Assembly (NCBI GenBank): GCA_041752355.1 | Contig: JBGSHH010000085.1 | Span: forward strand, 1-60,525 | Origin: Pirellulaceae bacterium | Lineage (GTDB): Bacteria > Planctomycetota > Planctomycetia > Pirellulales > Pirellulaceae | Reading direction: 5' to 3' | DNA: 60,525 nucleotides | Shown: piece by piece, positions 58,222 through 60,525 of the stretch | Position numbering within the stretch: position 1 is the first letter of the stretch | Layout of the letters: each line of letters starts with the position of its first letter | Program-made: the position numbers and the translations under genes | The notes under the pieces: model-generated | What the model saw: the letters and a program-made list of their open reading frames with translations, nothing else | Databases searched by the model: none | Told to the model about the DNA's origin: nothing

Positions 58222-59933
58222 CTCCCTGCAAGTTCAACGGCCTTCTCAATGGCCAATTTCAAATCGGCGGGCACCGAAGCCACTCCAGCCGCCCGAACTG
58301 CGGCAGTCGCTTCGTATGCCATAAAGGGTTTGGAGTGCGTCTTGATTGCGGCCTTAATGACCTGGCTCGGATAGTCAACATGACCATTGGGCACTTTGAC
58401 AATATCTCTCCGCTGATTTGCACCGGTATTGGTTTCGTAGACTTGATCGTGGCCAGCGTGCCAGAAGCTATGCTCAATGTCACGCTGTGCTGTTTGGGTA
58501 ATCCGATCGGGCTGTGGGTCAATGCCAAGAAACTGGTTGGCTGTTGCAATATAGGTATTACCCGCGTTGTCACCATCTGCGAGAACGTGCCATTCAATAC
58601 CAAGGTCACGAGCGACCTTGATAAGAGGTGCAAGCCCGCACTGGGAGAATTCGACGCAGGAAACGCCACAAAGATTGAAATCGTAGCCCAATAGAAGCCC
58701 AAGTTCGGGAAGGACGGTGTAATCAGTCTCGCCTTCAACAAGGAGCCAGCATCTTGCGAACATCAACGCGCCGCGTTTTTCGCGGATATGATAGCGGACC
58801 TTCTCTTCTTCCCTTGTATTAAGTGTGGTGTCCATCACGCGGTGCGCGTAGACCTGTCCGTCTCGCCGCGTGAGTCGGCGAATTGCCTTCAAGGGAACAG
58901 CGGCAAGCAGATCGCCAGAATGAGTGGCAATGATCTTCTGCCCCGCAAGGTTGCTTAAGGTATCCCACAAAGCGCGAATTGCAGACGGGTGAAGATGTGC
59001 TTCTGGTTCTTCTAACGCAAGAATCGGCTCGGAATGTTCGTCATACGCTTCGGCCAACCGTGACTGCAAGAATGATTCAAACAGAAACAGAATGGAGAGA
59101 CTTTGCGTGCCCGCACCGTGTTGGGTAATCGGCAGGCGAGCCCCAGTGCGGCAGGCAAGTTTGACTTGAGTCTTAGCCAACATGTCAAAGATGCGAGCAG
59201 GAACCGCCTCAATGCTGACAAGGTCTTCCCCAGCAAGCGGCAATAAGTTGCCGGTTTTGGCGATACCAGTCCTGATGGTATCAAAGGGAGCGTGTCCGTC
59301 CAGAATTGCTTGATTCAGGCTTTCAATCTGCGACTCGATCTCCTCACGGGTGTCGTCATCGATTTGCGGATTCTTGGTAAACGGTGACCAGAATGGAGAT
59401 TTGGCATGAAAGTGATGGGCGGCGTCGCGAACTGCTCCGAGGAAGAAGACTGGGGCCAGAGATTGCAAATCGGTGACGAGTTTAGGCTGCCTTGCTGTTG
59501 GAAGAGGCGATCCTTCCTTGTCGAGGAATGTCCACTCTACGGCAAAGTCGCGAGTCGCAGCGTCATAACGCGATGTGACACGGAAGGTTATCTGTTTACG
59601 ATTGTCGTCCAGTAGTTGCACGGCCTTATCGAATGCCTGGTCGATCTCTACTGGCCATTCGTCTTCAGTGGACTCTTCGAATGTGAGAGTGATCGTAATC
59701 GGTGGTGCTGTTGAAGGTTCGCTGTCATCACTCGCAAGGTGGAAATCGTATTCCGAAAAGGGATTTGCCCTGCGGGTTAGCCCTCGGCTCATGCAGGTGT
59801 GCAACGCTTCGAGCGTGCTGGTCTTCCCGGTGTTGTTCTCGCCAATCAACACGGTCGTTTCGGCCAAATCCAGACTGAGACAGGCGATCCCTCGGAAATT
59901 TTCAATAGCGAGCCGTGACAGTCTCATAAACAT
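58212..59933 (-). CDS. gajA: OLD-family ATPase-Toprim nuclease, GajA-like (class 2 OLD)
   Basis: 573 aa. AAA_15-type N-terminus (LAIENFRGI, Walker A GENNTGKTS), ILALEEPEAHLHP, a C-terminal Toprim with WLLVEGETD and HVLADGDNAGN. Confidence 0.8.
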   Translation of the reverse strand: MFMRLSRLAIENFRGIACLSLDLAETTVLIGENNTGKTSTLEALHTCMSRGLTRRANPFSEYDFHLASDDSEPSTAPPITITLTFEESTEDEWPVEIDQAFDKAVQLLDDNRKQITFRVTSRYDAATRDFAVEWTFLDKEGSPLPTARQPKLVTDLQSLAPVFFLGAVRDAAHHFHAKSPFWSPFTKNPQIDDDTREEIESQIESLNQAILDGHAPFDTIRTGIAKTGNLLPLAGEDLVSIEAVPARIFDMLAKTQVKLACRTGARLPITQHGAGTQSLSILFLFESFLQSRLAEAYDEHSEPILALEEPEAHLHPSAIRALWDTLSNLAGQKIIATHSGDLLAAVPLKAIRRLTRRDGQVYAHRVMDTTLNTREEEKVRYHIREKRGALMFARCWLLVEGETDYTVLPELGLLLGYDFNLCGVSCVEFSQCGLAPLIKVARDLGIEWHVLADGDNAGNTYIATANQFLGIDPQPDRITQTAQRDIEHSFWHAGHDQVYETNTGANQRRDIVKVPNGHVDYPSQVIKAAIKTHSKPFMAYEATAAVRAAGVASVPADLKLAIEKAVELAGRCR

Positions 59934-60006
59934 CTCCAGGCGAAAACACCTTGCATCAGGCGTCGAAATGATTTGATTGAAGCAACAGGAATAGGCTGAT
60001 GGGTTG

Positions 60007-60525
60007 TCATCTTATGGCCCCTTCCATGATCGCCCGGACATACGTCTCCTTATCCTCCTCCTGAAACACAATATGCCAGTCATGCATTTGCTGTTTGGTC
60101 GCACCCCAGAACATTCGCATGGTGTGGGACGGAGTGCCGGAGACGAGGAAGGAATGCAGGTGGACTGCCGGATCGCCGAGGCGTTCTTCGATGTCCTTGA
60201 TCGTCTTGTAAAACTGGACTTTGGGATCGGTAACGCCGACTTGCCGGATGCCTTTGGGGTCCACAAAGATGATGTGCTGCGTGTCGCCGACCAGCAGCCA
60301 GAGGATGAAGTCGGGGTGAAAATTGCCCGCCTCGAAGAAGCCGACACCTTTTCCCTTACTCAGGTTTCGCAGTAGGTAAAGTTCCTTGCCCTCGAAGAAC
60401 CCGCCGTCATTGTCGTGGAAGGCTTTCAGGTCTTCGATGAATGTCTTCTCGCCACGGTTTAGCGGAACCGGACTGATTTCTACGATCTTGTCCTGCATGT
60501 GCAGCAGTGGCTGGTAGAGGTGCTG
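60007..60525 (-). CDS. 3' end of a larger gene encoding a C-terminal PD-(D/E)xK nuclease-like domain (5' part outside the window)
   Basis: The frame is open to the last base of the window (…[15 protein letters not shown]…). The motif pair is [10 protein letters not shown] and IIFVDPKGI, preceded by [16 protein letters not shown]. This resembles C-terminal nuclease modules of type III Res-like or helicase-nuclease proteins as I recall them. Confidence 0.55.
   Translation of the reverse strand, partial: QHLYQPLLHMQDKIVEISPVPLNRGEKTFIEDLKAFHDNDGGFFEGKELYLLRNLSKGKGVGFFEAGNFHPDFILWLLVGDTQHIIFVDPKGIRQVGVTDPKVQFYKTIKDIEERLGDPAVHLHSFLVSGTPSHTMRMFWGATKQQMHDWHIVFQEEDKETYVRAIMEGAIR

Larger units (their letters stand above)
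54276..60525. other. Putative horizontally acquired defence island (runs off the window edge)
   Basis: Defence-type gene content (AbiE, OLD/UvrD, PD-(D/E)xK). Composition is visibly AT-richer: hand counts of 24/60 and 27/60 G+C at 56281 and 57301, against 32/60 in a leuS sample at 43141. A decayed HTH gene lies at the left edge. No integrase or att site is visible inside the window. Confidence 0.55.

Noticed and set aside
58212-59933. Alternative reading of the OLD-like gene as PARIS (AriA/AriB), or as a stand-alone class 1 OLD
   Set aside because: ATPase and Toprim are fused in one 573-aa protein, and the partner is a UvrD-type helicase. That fits class 2 OLD / Gabija rather than the split AriA-AriB pair.

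Overview
60.5-kb chromosomal window. By eye it is roughly 55-60% G+C over most of its length. The gene content suggests a Planctomycetota (Pirellula-like) genome, but this is inference, not a search result. The supporting families are a Tat-signal DUF1501 protein, two DUF1080 paralogues, a PEP-CTERM protein, an EF-hand lipoprotein, an Fae homologue and a Cys/Pro-rich secreted protein. I support about 50 protein genes. About 54 kb is ordinary core genome: prpB-prpC, an ornithine-cyclodeaminase-family gene, xylB, htrA, an Hpt protein, a HAD / DHS-like / PfkB kinase group, a co-directional lipid-related block ending in btaA-btaB, folD, tdh-X-kbl, a ThDP enzyme, a sugar-utilisation trio (Zn-ADH, TIM-barrel isomerase, RbsD/FucU), argJ, an Rnl5-type RNA ligase, a cpYpsA/SLOG protein, an ABC-F ATPase, fae, map, leuS, glgC, aceE-aceF and an FHA-GGDEF cyclase. 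I found no rRNA, tRNA, CRISPR array, transposase or integrase. The clearly accessory part is the last ~6 kb (54.3 kb to the window edge). It is visibly more AT-rich and holds an AbiEi/AbiEii toxin-antitoxin pair, a Gabija-like OLD-nuclease plus UvrD-helicase operon, and, 73 bp upstream on the same strand, the 3' end of a further gene with a PD-(D/E)xK nuclease motif that is cut by the window edge. A frameshifted small HTH gene sits at the left border of this island. This island is my best candidate for a new or variant defence arrangement, but each complete component belongs to a family I recognise. Other points worth a second look: a secreted protein that is 26% cysteine, a ~38-nt hairpin repeat with compensatory stem changes placed just upstream of two unrelated genes, a small Cys protein start-stop coupled to folD, and a ceramidase-like / BtaAB lipid block.
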